A stretch of DNA of 64,000 nt, taken from contig AP026133.1 of NCBI GenBank assembly GCA_030295235.1, forward strand, positions 310,001 through 374,000, given 5' to 3'. The translations under genes and the position numbers were made by a program. Source of the stretch: Fistulifera solaris. Its lineage: Eukaryota. Below, piece by piece: positions 11,130 to 24,187 of the stretch. The stretch's first letter is position 1; each line of letters begins with the position of its first letter. Under the pieces are notes generated by a model that had not been told where the DNA came from, searched no databases, and saw only the letters and a program-made list of their open reading frames with translations.

Positions 11130-11898
11130 TTTTTTTAAAATGTCATATGATTGTGTCACAGATTACGGGGCATTGTAAATAATATACGGAGTCAAACCTA
11201 TAACGAATGAACTATTGTGAAACGTTTAAGCACTGCAAACTATTAGATGGTTGGTTGTCGAAAGAGGTGACATGTCCCGTTATCTATTACGGAGTACTTC
11301 TGAAGTGCGAGACTAACGGCGTCGTTTCGAAAGCCAAAGAAAAGATGGTCAAAGCTAAACGACGCCTCAAGGGAAAAAATAAAGTTATGACGAAAATCCT
11401 CAGCCTTTATGGCATTTCTTCAGTTTAAAAATTGGCATCACCTTAGCTATAGAGAGTGGAGACCAACGTCCAACGTGGGATGATTTCAGTCACTCGCGAT
11501 TGTTCGGACTGTAAATTCAAACGTGGAAGTTGATTTCTTTAGCTATTAGTCAACAGTAGTCTTGTATCACGAAACGACTTATCACTTATCACATAGGTTG
11601 GAGTGTAAAAGGCTTCGCGGTTCGTTCTACGAACGGAAAGTTCTGGTTCTGGACTTGGATGACAGCAGCAGCGAACGGGCGGGACTGTCCATTTTCGTCC
11701 GCATCCATCAATTCAAGAACGCTTCCGTCTTCCGTGATTTCTCGATGTCAGCTCTCAACGCTCGCTCAACTCACTTCTCGTCACACATAAAGTCTCGATT
11801 GTTCTGTGACCTCGTCGCAAAGTTCTGTTGCCTTGATTACCAGGTACTTTGAATCAAACGACTCTGTTCATCATTTCTGTCGCCTTCGCTGAATCAAA

Positions 11899-12417
11899 AT
11901 GGATACGATGGAAAGGATCGCGTGGGGTCATCGTGACAACCGAAGTCAGATGTTTGAGAACCCATCATCGAGTGCCTTTGATGTCTACGATCGAATCGAA
12001 GGAAAGTCTTGCGAAACAACATTTAGCAAGAATCTGGTCAGGATTACCGTCGGACCGTGGGTGCTTGTGGTTGCTCTGCTTCTTGCCGCGTTGTGTATTC
12101 TGTACAATGTGATTTTCTGGTACAAATTCTTATCAGCGTGGAATTCTATTTCGCGAGCTCGTCGCATGGATATCTCGATCGTGAGACATCGACGAAGACA
12201 GAGCTACCGTAACTTGATACAGTCACACGTACATGTTGATAACATGTCGGAGCATATGTCGTGTCCCATCTGTATGAACGATTTCTTTGAACAAGAATTG
12301 GTCACTTCTTGCGACGACGGTTGTGGGTCATGGTATCATCGACATTGTTTGATTCGATGGCTGGATCAATCCGATAACTGTCCGTGCTGCAGGAAGGACA
12401 TGCTGACTCCCTCATAA
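11899..12417 (+). CDS. Transmembrane RING-H2 E3 ubiquitin ligase (ATL-like)
   Basis: A hydrophobic helix followed by CPIC...C...YHRHCLIRWL....CPCCR. The first His position is atypical and the start is uncertain. Confidence 0.75.
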   Translation: MDTMERIAWGHRDNRSQMFENPSSSAFDVYDRIEGKSCETTFSKNLVRITVGPWVLVVALLLAALCILYNVIFWYKFLSAWNSISRARRMDISIVRHRRRQSYRNLIQSHVHVDNMSEHMSCPICMNDFFEQELVTSCDDGCGSWYHRHCLIRWLDQSDNCPCCRKDMLTPS

Positions 12418-12579
12418 AAAAAGCTGGGCCTCCACCATTATATCCTTTTTGGGCATGAAACGGTAGGGAGAGGCCGTTTAGTCTTTGATTTGTTCCTCCA
12501 CCGGTTTTTTTCAAACACTCTTGTACATATATCCATAAATACAACTCATAATTATTATACTTACTGTTTACTTTTGCAC

Positions 12580-14125
12580 TTAAGCGTCGTAACGCTCGAG
12601 CGGTTCGAGACTGAGGATGCTGCTAATCGATTGATTGTGCAGTGATCGAGCGATGGCTTCCGCCAGTAGAGGAGCGACGTTCAATACTCGGATCTTGGGA
12701 GGTAGTTGTCGGTCTGTTGTGATCGAGTTGCTGACGAGTAAGAATTCCAGCTCATCGAGTTCTTGTAGTCGCTCGGGAGCATCGTTTACGTTCGGTGGCC
12801 CAAATACCGCATGTGTTGCCCACGCGTAGATAGATTCTGCGCCGTGCTGCTTCAAACCCTCGATATTGCTCACCATAGTTGTGCCAGTATTCACAATATC
12901 ATCCACAAGTATACATTTGCGACCGGCAACATTCCCTACTAATTTGGCTTCGTACTGACTCGATCCGGGTGCCATTTTTGATTTTGTTAAGACGGCCAAA
13001 TCCACATTTTGCCCCGAGAGGCGCTGCAAAACGGTGCGAAATTGAGAAGCACGAGCGACTTGTCCCTCATGTGCCGCTACGACTGTGATTGGGGGATAAT
13101 TCTCACCGACCCGGGGCATGAGTTCCTCGTGAAAATAGGCAGCCGCAACCGGCGCGGGCATGAGATGCTCGACTGGGCAAGTCGGCGAAAAAAAATCCTT
13201 GTAGGCTGTCGGCGTGCAAATCGAGGCAGATCACCCGGTCAACTCCCATCTCTTCTAGCATAAGCGCAATATCCGCAGCGGCAATCGGTTCTCGACGACG
13301 AAAATGTTTCTGATCTTGTCTGGAATATCCGTAGTAAGGGATGACAGCTGTCACTTTTTTGGCACTGGCGCGTCGAAGCGTAGGAATCATGAGCAGGAGT
13401 TCCATCAACGCATCCGCCGATGTGGTAGAATTGACTATATAGACGTGTTTCCCACGAACCGATTCTTGTATTTGAATGTTGACTTCTCCGTCGATGAACT
13501 TTCCTGTGTGCATCTGGTTGACGGGGACTCCCAAAAGATGCGCAATGTCGCCACCGACATCGACTGAGGAGGACCCCGCCAAAATGATGAACCGGTCGGC
13601 CATGTCCGTCTGTAGTTCCGACGTTTTGTAAAAGTACATTTTTTGTGTTGTGACCATGGGGTGATCATGAGTTTGGAGGCTTTGTACTCGATCTTTGGCT
13701 TGAGCGGCGACGTCCTGCATGCTGGTTGCCAGTGCCTGTTGTTCTCTGAAGGCGATATCATGTGCATGATCTAATGCACGAATCGATTTCTGAAGATTCG
13801 TGGTCTCATTTTCGTCCCGAGTCGGTGGTATCCTGGATTGTAATGAAATTTTATCCAACGGAACTTCCTGATCAGCTAAGAACATCGGATCGCTCGAACT
13901 ACCAAACGAGGGAAGATCACTCTCTCCTTCTTCACAAAATACTTCATTTTGTCGCTGAATTTGTAAAGCTATTGATACCCCAGTAACTCCCAGGCATAGG
14001 ATAAAAGGGGCAGAAAATTGAGTGTTGTGATGAAAATTGCGACGTGAAGCCGATGAAAGATTCCGAGAAAATACCGTCGATATCTTGTGAAGACCATTCA
14101 TCTTAGAGAATGCTGAAAATGGCAT
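12580..14125 (-). CDS. PRS: Ribose-phosphate pyrophosphokinase (PRPP synthetase) with a probable mitochondrial presequence; one frameshift at the A8 run 13188-13195
   Basis: [53 protein letters not shown]. Removing one base restores [17 protein letters not shown]. Confidence 0.9.
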
Positions 14126-14722
14126 GCCCGCTTCTATAAAGGGTCGAAATTACACTAGCCGATGAGTTCAGCAATGCATGCAGTCCTTGTGGAAATCTTT
14201 GAAAACTACTGTGCAAGTAAAGCAATCAACAAAAAAACGAGATCGTCGCCAGCGCCGGAAGCCGGAAGGATCTGTGTCTGTCCGGCGTCCAATGTCAGTT
14301 TTGCACTTCTCCCACTGACCGTGTAGAGCCTCGTAGTCGATCTACGTGCGGGGGGAGCGGATGGTCGAGAATGGGCGACTTGCCCGTCCTTCTGCATGTG
14401 TTACTAAAATTCATCCTCGTCGGTGGTCCAGGTTCAAAACGTACTGAAAGCGTCTCTCCATACATCCGCCTTACGGAATGATGGATGTGATACAGGATCT
14501 TGGCGGCAGCATGATGATTCCACAAGGAACCGTCGCTTTGCCATTAGTCTGAGCGACTATTTGGGTCCTTGGGGGTTGCATTACACGGCCGAATCCATCA
14601 TTTTCATAGAAAAAGGAAAGTGTCACCCTCTTTGGCAGATTTGCGCATTAGTATCTGAAAAGCAACCGGTGCTGAGCGAATACAAAAGCAACTATTTTCT
14701 CATTGTTTGAAATTTGTAAGAA

Positions 14723-16129
14723 ATGAGCGGCAGCGGTTCCTCGACTCCCCGTGGTACGGAGACGCCTCCTCCGACGAGTGAAGGACCTTCTCCGCTGATT
14801 GTGGGAACTCGTTTTGTGAAGCAGTACTACAAAGTCCTTTCGACGACTCCCGATCAGATTGTTCGTTTTTACCAGCCATCGTCTTACCTCTCGCAAGGTG
14901 TCGGATCGCAGCAGACGGAACCGGCGGTTTTTGATAAGGAGAATGTGGCTCAGCTGAAGGATCGCTTTTACTTGGCAGGAGGTGAAGAAGGATGCCCGCT
15001 GCGCTTTGAGTTTGAGCACGGTGCGATTGATGCTCAACTTTCGGTGAACGGGGGAGTTTTGCTCGTGGTCACGGGGCATCTGGTTTACATGTCCTCTGAT
15101 GATGATGAAGATGGCGAAGAAGAAGATGTTTCTTTGGAGCGTCGTAAGGCTTTCGTTCACACCTTTTTTCTCGGGAGTTTAGTAGCGGGCAACAAACGAA
15201 GCTACTACGTTCACAATGATGTGCTTCGTTTCTTGCACGAAGATGTGGAGAAACCGAGCACGAGAATCGAGGAATCTAGCAAAGAAAAGGCTACAACGAT
15301 CGGTACAGAACCAGTTGAGGAATTAGTTTCGTCTGCTGAACCCGCGCTAGTTGTTGAACCAGAGGTTGTTGAGGAAGCTCCGGGCGGTGGAGTTGAGGAG
15401 TCGAAAGAGGTGCTAGCGGAGGAAGAAACAACGCCCGTCGCTCCTGTAGCAACTCAGAATTTGGAAATCGTTACTACTTTGGAAACGAAACCCACCAAAC
15501 CAGTTGTTCCAGGCTCGTGGGCGAGCATGGTGGCTCGAAGTGGTACGAGTGGCGGGAGCTCATCGTCTGGACCAAGCACTCCTGTTCGCCCATCTACTGG
15601 AGCACCAAAAGCTTCGGCAACAACAAAACCGAAGAGTTCAGTACCTGCAAAGGCTGCTCCGGAGGAAGTAGCTGGGAAAAGCGCAGGTGTACCGCGTGGA
15701 GGGAAACGCGATCCTGACTTTACCTTGGTCATTAAGAACATATCGGACGATGTGACGGAAGCCGATGTCTTGGATATGTTTGAATCGTTCGCTACGAAGA
15801 CTGAAGCAAAGATTGTAGGAACGACTGTCTCGGCGCACAAGGGCATTGCATTTGTTGATTTCAGTTCCGCTGCACCCGTGTTGGCCGCGGTGGTGCAGCA
15901 TGGAACCACGCCGTTAAAGATGAAAGGTCGTGAGCTAGATATTTATCAAAAAGCGGTAGAACAGAAAGGACGTGGGGGAAGTAAAGGCCGAGGTAGCAAC
16001 AAGGGAAATCCGAGCAACGGTAGTGCATCTCGTGGTGGTGGACGGCAACAAAAAGGTCGTGGTGACCGCGCTGGAGGACGCGCCGAGCGTGGAGGAGGTA
16101 AAGCTGGCGGTCGAAGCAGTGAACGATAG
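14723..16129 (+). CDS. G3BP: G3BP/Rasputin-like protein (NTF2 + acidic region + RRM + RGG)
   Basis: NTF2 domain (VGTRFVKQYY...FVHTFFL...YYVHNDVLRF), SWAS motif, RRM (KGIAFVDF) and RGG-rich tail. Confidence 0.85.
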   Translation: MSGSGSSTPRGTETPPPTSEGPSPLIVGTRFVKQYYKVLSTTPDQIVRFYQPSSYLSQGVGSQQTEPAVFDKENVAQLKDRFYLAGGEEGCPLRFEFEHGAIDAQLSVNGGVLLVVTGHLVYMSSDDDEDGEEEDVSLERRKAFVHTFFLGSLVAGNKRSYYVHNDVLRFLHEDVEKPSTRIEESSKEKATTIGTEPVEELVSSAEPALVVEPEVVEEAPGGGVEESKEVLAEEETTPVAPVATQNLEIVTTLETKPTKPVVPGSWASMVARSGTSGGSSSSGPSTPVRPSTGAPKASATTKPKSSVPAKAAPEEVAGKSAGVPRGGKRDPDFTLVIKNISDDVTEADVLDMFESFATKTEAKIVGTTVSAHKGIAFVDFSSAAPVLAAVVQHGTTPLKMKGRELDIYQKAVEQKGRGGSKGRGSNKGNPSNGSASRGGGRQQKGRGDRAGGRAERGGGKAGGRSSER

Positions 16130-16668
16130 ACTATTTTCAAAACTGCAATTTAGAGAGAAAGTTCAAATAAGACGATTTTCCATGCGGGGTATCATTATTG
16201 ATTTCGAACGGAGGTGCAATCAACGAAGCTTGTAGTTTTAGCGTCTATATTGACTAAGGGTAAAAATATCCATATGCTGCAATCCTTCACCTATAGGCCG
16301 TCAACGCGACTTTCAGCAAATACTAAATCGCAATTGTCCAGAACTTCGTTAGCAGGATGCGGCATCATTTGCAATCGCACAAAGTCCTGGTCACGAATGA
16401 TGAGTCACGGGTCATCAGGAACGCGTTCGCGCTTCGCGACCGCCGCGCACAACTATCTTCGCAATCGTGACGTATTTATGACGTGTTGTTGAATGATCGG
16501 CAGGCAAAGGTCGCTTACACTTTGATCTAGAGTGGATCCAAGATGCAGGAAAATCTTGAAAAGCGAAGGTGCACACACCGAACGAACTGCATGGAATGCT
16601 CGATTCTGCAATTGCAATTGTGTCGTTTGCTATTTGTCATTATAAACTCGCTAAAGAGTAATTCACAA

Positions 16669-17904
16669 ATGTTTCGTCTCGCCGTCAAGAGTTTCAATAG
16701 CGTATCAACTCGCCGAGCTTACAGTTCTACCAGCGCGGTGTCCGACCGTATTGTGATTGCTGTAGGAGGAAATGCACTGCAACGACGAGGGGAGCGTTTG
16801 ACCATCGAAAACATGCTCAAAGCGGCTGCCGACATGGCCCCGACCATCGCCAAGCTAGCTTCCGAGCACGAAGTAGTTCTAACACACGGTAACGGTCCCC
16901 AAGTCGGTGAATTGGCTTTAGAACGTTCCGCGGCAACCTTTGATGTGCTGGGCGCTGAGTCATGTGGGCAAATTGGCTACGTGCTGGCGCAAGCTATGGC
17001 GAGCGTAGGATTGACGGCCGCTCCGATCATCACTCAGGTTGTTATTGACCCCAGCAGTCCTGCCTTCCGAAACCCGTAAGTGCGAGATACTTTCTCGATA
17101 TCATAGGCTTCATTTTTCAACCCACATTTCTGACACGACGGTCGTTTCCCTTCGCAGGACAAAATTTGTCGGTCCTGTCTATGGTCCTAAAGAAGCTCAT
17201 GCTTTAGCTGAGAGTTTAGGATGGACGGTTAAGCCAGATGGAGAGTACTTTCGCCGTGTCGTGCCGTCTCCCGAACCATTGGAAATTTTACAGGTCGACG
17301 CCGTGAAAGCCTTATTGCATCACTGTCCCTCCGTACTACCCATTGCTTGTGGTGGTGGCGGAGTTCCCGTCATGCGTATTCCTAGTCGTCCCGAAACATT
17401 GCAGGGAGTAGAAGCTGTGATCGATAAGGACGCCTGCGGTAGCCGGTTGGCAGTGGCACTGGAAGCCGATGCCTTTATCATTCTGACCGATGGCGGTGGT
17501 ATTTGGCAAGATTTCGGCAAGCCGACCGCACAGGAAATGGAGACGGTATCGCCAGAATATCTTTTGGGAACAAAAGCTGGAAAGAACTTTCCCGGATCGG
17601 TAAGTGCTATTTGCAGGTTTCTTGTCTCTGTTCAGTCAAATATGTAGCGCTCAATCAAAGCCTTCCCTAAAAGATGGGACCCAAGATTCAGGCAGCCATT
17701 TCATTCGTCGAGAACGGCAAGCCGGGATGCTATGCTGCAATTGGAGATCTAAAAGACGCTGCTAAGATTCTTACTCGAGAGGAGGGTACAATTATCCGAA
17801 AAGATGTGGTCGGTAAGGGTGTCGTGTGGAGAGACCGTGTCAAAAGTGCCGAAGAGGAAAACAAACCACCCAAAATTGCCAAGGATCCTCCCAAATACGG
17901 ATAA
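16669..17904 (+). CDS. arcC: Carbamate kinase with a probable mitochondrial presequence; exons 16669-17075, 17158-17599, 17674-17904
   Basis: IVIAVGGNAL, THGNGPQVG, NPTKFVGP, RRVVPSPEP, GGGGVPV, GVEAVIDKD, GSMGPKI. Both GT-AG introns keep the frame. Confidence 0.95.
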
Positions 17905-18533
17905 AAATCGACTCAATGACCGTTGTCCGCTTTTTTCTGCCCTTGAAATCCAAACATAGGATTCTTTAGCGTGGAATGGTTTGTGAATAGACTATCGATT
18001 AGGTTCTGCCGTGCTTTCCGTCTCGGTTTATCTATACCTAAAAACTTATTTCACATAAAGTTCGATGCATTATTGTATTGCTTTAGGGGGTATCTAGAGA
18101 GAGAAGATAAAGAGCGTCTTGTTGTTTGCCCTTTAGATAAGGCATGCGGCTCATCCTCATTAAGTGCAGTGCGGGTCAGACATGCTCGTATTAACAAGAA
18201 AATGTCCTTGCATGACGTAACCACCCCGTCACCATGAACATGAACACAATAGTACCGCTCTCATTGCATCACTACCAGGTATAAACGTGCGAATTTTAAT
18301 CTTTTCTTTCTAATCGCAACGTTTGTTTGTGCGTAGAGGGATTCAGATAATTATGTTTTTGTCAAGGAAAGCGGGTTTCGCTGTGGCGGGGGCCGCAGCA
18401 CTCGGGACGGTATGTGAGATGTTGAGTCTGTTTGTCTCAATCGTTGGCTTATTGTTTCCTTTCCACACTCTCACCTTCGCCAATTAAAAAGTGCGTGTAT
18501 CTTTATCTTCAATCGGGAAAGAAAGAAAGTGAC

Positions 18534-19063
18534 ATGCCGTCAAATGAAGGAAGCGGGGCACACGGAAAAACAAACGGCTCTGCAAACACTGAGGTCTCGA
18601 GCACAACGGGAGCGACCACAGCTGAGCGTGAAACATCCGAAAATGTGAAGATGGAGAACGTTCCAGCAGTGACAACGTCTCATGCAACCACGTCATCGGA
18701 TTCAGTTGTTACAGCACTTCCGAGCACGAGTCTTGCGGAAAGTATTCCGACAGAAACACGAAAAAGTATGCCGATCGATGATTTAAGTGATAGTTGGGAG
18801 AAAGTAGTCAATAAAGGAAGCAATGAGTCGACACAAAATACCAAACCGCAGTCACTGTATCCTACTGTGGAATTGGCAGAATCTTACGACACGATGGACG
18901 AAGAAAATATCAATTTTCAAACGGATGCCGCCGCCGTCGCTAAAATGAGAAGTGCGGCAGCGAAAAGAAGAAGAACAAGAAAACAACTACCGCGGCTGAA
19001 GTAGCAAAGAAAGAAATGCAATCGGCCCCCGCTGCCGCCAAGAAAAAGAAGAAAAAAGATTAG
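18534..19063 (+). CDS. Low-complexity S/T-rich protein with a Lys-rich tail; probable frameshift near 18970
   Basis: ORF from ATG 18534. A shifted frame continues KKKNKKTTTAAEVAKKEMQSAPAAAKKKKKKD* to TAG 19063. Confidence 0.5.
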
Positions 19064-19481
19064 ATAAATGGAAGTGATACTATCCTTGTAAGATGCTTGC
19101 CATCTTCTTGAATCCTTTCCGCCACTTCGCACTTTGCGCATCGTTTAGCTAGAAAGAGCTATCATCTTGGCGCATTCCTTTTGCATGAAAAGGTTCTTGT
19201 TAAGGGAAGGGCTTTTATAACCTTAGCTAGATGTCTTGATTTGTTGGCCTTCGTGTTGTGTGAAGACAAGTAGTGCCGGTAAGATATTTTCACAACGTCG
19301 CACCTATTGCACCATTTGTCATTTACTCCGTATCATTCAAGCAAAATGGCGGAATGGCGTATCGAATAACAACAAACAATTTAAGAAAATTGAAAGAAGT
19401 AGCCTGTACACGGTCTTCATTTCAGTTTAAATGGTCAGATGTAACATCCTTTCATGCCCAGTCGTCATCATATTGTTTGAC

Positions 19482-21179
19482 ATGGCACTAATGATGGGAT
19501 TTCGGAGGCAGCACCTCCTTTACGTGTCCGCGTTTGTTACAAAGATCAATCCTTTGAGGAAAACGTCCATTACTCTTCGACGTAACTCGTTACAAAGTCA
19601 TCACAGACAAATGAGAACCGTCTCTTCCTTCGTAGATGTTCCGTCGGAAATGAAACGCTCTTTCTGTCTAGATATATTGCCTCGTGTATCGAATCGTCAG
19701 AACAACACGACAATCGTTCTCTTGGCGGGTATTAGTGGAGGTTGTGATTCCGTCGCTTTATTTCATGCTTTGCAAGATATTCAACAGAAAGATGATTCCA
19801 TTCCTGGGAGTTGGACTTTTGTGCAGAACTCCTACTCCATCACTTTTCTATTACACGCCATTCATTTCGATCATCAACAGAGAGGCGAAAACAGTAATGC
19901 CGACCGAGAATTCGTCGAAGCATTGTGTCAGCAATACAATGTGCCTTGCACAACCGTATTTTGGAATGACGATCACCAAAGTCACGAAAGCTTTTCGCAA
20001 GAAAAAGCTAGAAACTGGCGACGAAATCATATGCGACGGCGCTTGCAAAAACTCATAGCGGATGGAAATGCCACTGGCTTTATCGTCACTGCCCATCATT
20101 TGGATGATTCAAATGAAACATTGCTTCTCAAACTGCTTCGTGGTTCGCATTTGACCAAGTTGGCCGGAATGGCCCCAATAGTAACCGATGAGATGAATGA
20201 CAATTTGTATTGGGTCCGACCTCTGCTCTCGCTGAGTAAGAATCAACTGATTGCGTATCTACAAGACAACGGATATGTATGGCGAGAAGATGAAAGTAAT
20301 GAAAAGGATATCTATCTGCGCAATCGGGTTCGTAATGAACTTATTCCCTTAATGAAAGACGTGATGGGTGGTGACGTTGCTTTTCAGAAGCGTCTCGATT
20401 CCATGGAAGCTCAGAGTCAAAAATTGAGGTGCGATTTGGCCGCCAAAGTGGCTTTGTTTTTCCAAGAAAATATACATCAAGATACTGCTTGCCCCAGTCG
20501 GACAATCCTACACATTCCCAAGGATACGGATCACTTGGACTTGGTTTTTGAAGAAGCATTATATGATTGGGTCGCAAATGGCTGCACCAATCACCAATGT
20601 ACGTACGAACAGCTTCAGCGGCTTATTCGACAAATAACGGACTATCCACAAAGGCGGAAATGGTCGCTGAATATTGGTGGAGGATGGGACGTTCAACGAG
20701 AAGGAGATATACTACGCATTGTTGAGTCGATCTTACCCTTGGATAGTGTTGATAGAGGACATGCGACCCAATCGGTGGAAATCGCCGTAACACTGCCGGA
20801 AGATTGGAAGTCTGATAGTGCTCACCTTCAAGTACAAGTACCGAAAGAGAAATTCTCGAAACAAATCAAATTTATCAGCACGACAAGCTCTTACGACGAC
20901 AATCTCTTAATTACGCCACCTTGGCGTCGAGGGAGAAGTCCATTAAATCTGAAGGAATTTCTTAGAGGCCAGAAGGTTGCTCTTCACAATCGAAAACATG
21001 CCCCAGTGATATTGATGGTAGATGAATCCGAATGCCCTCCAACACTCGTTGCAGTCTTTGTTGATTCAAAAGGCGAATGGGTTTTAGATTACCAATTTTG
21101 CCCCAAGCGGTATTCTGATGATCGAGAAATAGGAGTAAATCAGCGTTGGCTTCGTTTCCCGAAGCAACTTCCAAACTAA
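19482..21179 (+). CDS. tilS: tRNA(Ile)-lysidine synthase, probably organelle-targeted
   Basis: PP-loop SGGCDS, HFDHQQR, TAHHLDDSNETLLLKLLRG, RPLL, EDESN, RNRVR. Start uncertain (19431, 19482 or 19611). Confidence 0.92.
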   Translation: MALMMGFRRQHLLYVSAFVTKINPLRKTSITLRRNSLQSHHRQMRTVSSFVDVPSEMKRSFCLDILPRVSNRQNNTTIVLLAGISGGCDSVALFHALQDIQQKDDSIPGSWTFVQNSYSITFLLHAIHFDHQQRGENSNADREFVEALCQQYNVPCTTVFWNDDHQSHESFSQEKARNWRRNHMRRRLQKLIADGNATGFIVTAHHLDDSNETLLLKLLRGSHLTKLAGMAPIVTDEMNDNLYWVRPLLSLSKNQLIAYLQDNGYVWREDESNEKDIYLRNRVRNELIPLMKDVMGGDVAFQKRLDSMEAQSQKLRCDLAAKVALFFQENIHQDTACPSRTILHIPKDTDHLDLVFEEALYDWVANGCTNHQCTYEQLQRLIRQITDYPQRRKWSLNIGGGWDVQREGDILRIVESILPLDSVDRGHATQSVEIAVTLPEDWKSDSAHLQVQVPKEKFSKQIKFISTTSSYDDNLLITPPWRRGRSPLNLKEFLRGQKVALHNRKHAPVILMVDESECPPTLVAVFVDSKGEWVLDYQFCPKRYSDDREIGVNQRWLRFPKQLPN

Positions 21180-21285
21180 TATATTTCATAATATCAAAAC
21201 TATTTTATATTTCTAATGCTTTTTACTCTGGTCTACAGGACTTTTTAAATGCAAAGTGAAAGGTCCGTTAAACCAGTTCGCCCTT

Positions 21286-23830
21286 CTACACATCCATTGC
21301 GTTTTTCGATAAAGTGTCAAACATGAAATCGTAAGCAAGAGCCGTCATGAAAGCCGATTGTTTGGCATCTGCGGCCCCTCCATGTCCGCCTTCGATATTT
21401 TCGTAGTAGTAGACCGGTAGCTTACCATTGCTTACATCGATCAGTTTCTTCACAAACTTTCTTGCGTGAGCGGGATGTACCCTATCATCGCGAGTACTTG
21501 TCGTAACTAGTATAGGCGGGTACTCTGTTCCTTCTTTGATATCTGCAACCCATCGTGAATGCAAGTTTTCATAAAGCAGCACACCGACCACAAGACATGG
21601 TACTTACTATGATAAGGAGAATATTTCTGTAAGAACTCCCAGTCGTCCGTGTCAGGGTTGCCATACTCAGCCATCCAGCTCGCCCCAGCTAAAAGAGTAT
21701 GGAATCGTTTCATGTCCCTGTTGAAACGGAAATAGAAGAATGGTGAGTGTCGATTCGCTGACGGGGACCTCGCAATGACGAATAACTTACAGTAAAGGTA
21801 CAGCACAATGAATGGCGCCAAACAAATCAGGGCGCATGGTGTACATGTTGCCTACCAATAGCCCACCCTGCAAAAAAATCAACCACGGTGAGGATTGTGA
21901 AATCGGTACAAACGCTCCTTAGGTTTTCCGTCACGTACATTAGAGCCACCCCGAACAGCAAGTGTCTTCGGACGACAAACATTCGTTTCAATGAGATGCT
22001 CTCCCACTGCAATAAAGTCTTCATAGCATTTGTTACGGTTTGCTTTGAGACCGGCTTGGTGCCAGCTTGGACCAAACTCACCGCCGCCACGGATGTTGGC
22101 TTCCACATAAACACCGCCCCGCTCCAACCAAGTCACACCCTGCGTCGCAACATAGTGAGGACCCAGAGAAACTTCGAAACCACCGTAACCGTACAGCAAA
22201 GTTGGATTCTTCCCATTTAGAACGGTATCCTCCTTTCGAACAATAAAGTATGGAACATGTGTACCATCTTTACTGGTTGCCGTACATTGAGAAACAACTA
22301 GACCTGACGCGTCAAACTGTGGTGGCAAAGATTTGACTTGCTCGACAATAAACGCATCCGACTCGCCGTTCGTTCTTTCCATTCTAGAAGCATCCGCCAG
22401 GAAAAGAGTACTAGGCGTTACAAAGTCGCTCGTGGTAAACCAAAATTCATCACTACCCGAATACGGATCGATCGGACGAATTCCAACGTCGCGGATCTGC
22501 GCCTCCTGGGAGCCGCCTTCTATCAAGGTCAACCGACTGCCACCATCCTCGATCTTGTAGAACCGAAGCCTCGATTTCACGTTATCCATTGTCGACAGAA
22601 TGAGATAATTTTTGGTTACCGCGTAGTACTCGTAGGCGGTGCGCTCGGTCGGCTCAAACAAGATTTTGTACTCGCACCCACTTCGGCCTTTTTGAAGGAA
22701 TGTTTCCGCATCCGTATAAATTACAGATCCCTTCTTGTACACCGGTCCGCCTGCCACAGGCTCCCAGTCAGAACGTAGCGTGATTACCAAAAGCTTTCCT
22801 AAGAACGAAATGTTGGCATCATCTTGAACGTCCAATTCCACAAAATCAGGTGGATCCGACACATCCGGTCCTCGCTCATCGGGCGCCAATAGATGCTCAA
22901 ATTGCACGGAGCGTACAAAATATTTGGATGTATAGAACGTCATGGCTCGCGAGTACACTTCGTATATGCCACCTCCCCAAATTCGTTCGTCACTAATGAA
23001 AGCCGAAACCGAAACGTCCGTCTTTTCACCTTCAAACACCACCTTGGCATCGGTGAGGAGGTCCGTCCCACGCACCCATTCACGGACCGTTCGGGGATAC
23101 CCACTGTCGGTTAACGAATCGGGACCTGTATCGGTGCCGACAAGTAATACATTGCGACTCTTGTAGCTCACACGGGACTTTGCCTCCGACAATTGGAAGG
23201 GCTGGTCGGTCACGAATTCGTTGGTGGTCAAATCGAATTCTTTCACATGCGTAGCATCCGATCCTCCTCGGCTAAGAACAATCAAAGCGCGAGTGACACG
23301 ATCTTTGGAGTAAACGGGATCTCTGGATCGAGGCAGTGGCCGACTGCCGCCCCACACCCAACTAATTCCATCTTTCTCCGCCAAGGCATCGACATCCAAA
23401 ACGGTAGTCCATTCGATATCGGAAGTTTTCTTGTACGAAGACAAAGTCGTGTATCGCCATAAACCCTTAGGATTCTTTCCATCCTTCCAAAAGTTGAACA
23501 AAATGGGTTCTCCATCGTCGTTGACGCCAAAGTGAGTCACATGGGGAATGCGATCATCGGATTCGAGAATTTTGAGGACACGCGCGTAAGTGCCTTTTCC
23601 TTCGGGATTCCCCAAAGCAGCCAAGCAAGCGGCATTTGCGGATCGAGCAAAGTCGAGTGATTGCTCGGACTCAACTTCCTCCAACCAAATGTAAGGGTCT
23701 TCCGTAGATACAGTAGACATGCTGCGAAATAATGAAGATGGAGAAAAGAACGGGCGATGACGGGGGAGAACGAGACCGACGGACGACTGAGGAAGGATAA
23801 GCTGAGTACCAGGCGCGAGGAGATTAGCAT
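21286..23830 (-). CDS. Prolyl oligopeptidase (peptidase S9A); introns 21868-21938, 21718-21790, 21543-21607; possible frameshifted presequence upstream of ATG 23720
   Basis: DPYIWLE, YGYGGF, NIRGGGEFG, spliced catalytic GGSNGG, DDRVHP and GGHG triad motifs. Confidence 0.92.
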
Positions 23831-24187
23831 GGGTATGGAATCTACGGCAGTCCTGGTCCTATAACTAATTATGGAGTCAAATGGACTGAACGTTGAATAA
23901 AATATGAACCAGGATGCTGTCGAGGTGCGAAAAGCGATGATGCGAAAAAAAGATCGCAGAAAGCATCGGAATGCCCGCGAAAGAGGAACGCATTCTGTAC
24001 AATAGCCCTCCTTTGTGGTATCAGTCCACTAAATACAAAATAAGCTACAAATACTTTGTCTGTGATAGTGTCGTCCCGTGAGGAAATAAAATGCTGGGTT
24101 GTTTGAGTCTATTTACCAGGTATGATGCTCTGAAAGTCTATGCAATAGGTATTGATTTACTGCGGAGTATGTAACACTGATTGTAGC

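Noticed and set aside
13180..13200. Programmed ribosomal frameshifting at slippery runs (PRS, DCP2, tricorn)
   Set aside because: Shifts occur in both directions in unrelated genes with no shared stimulatory element; homopolymer error is simpler.
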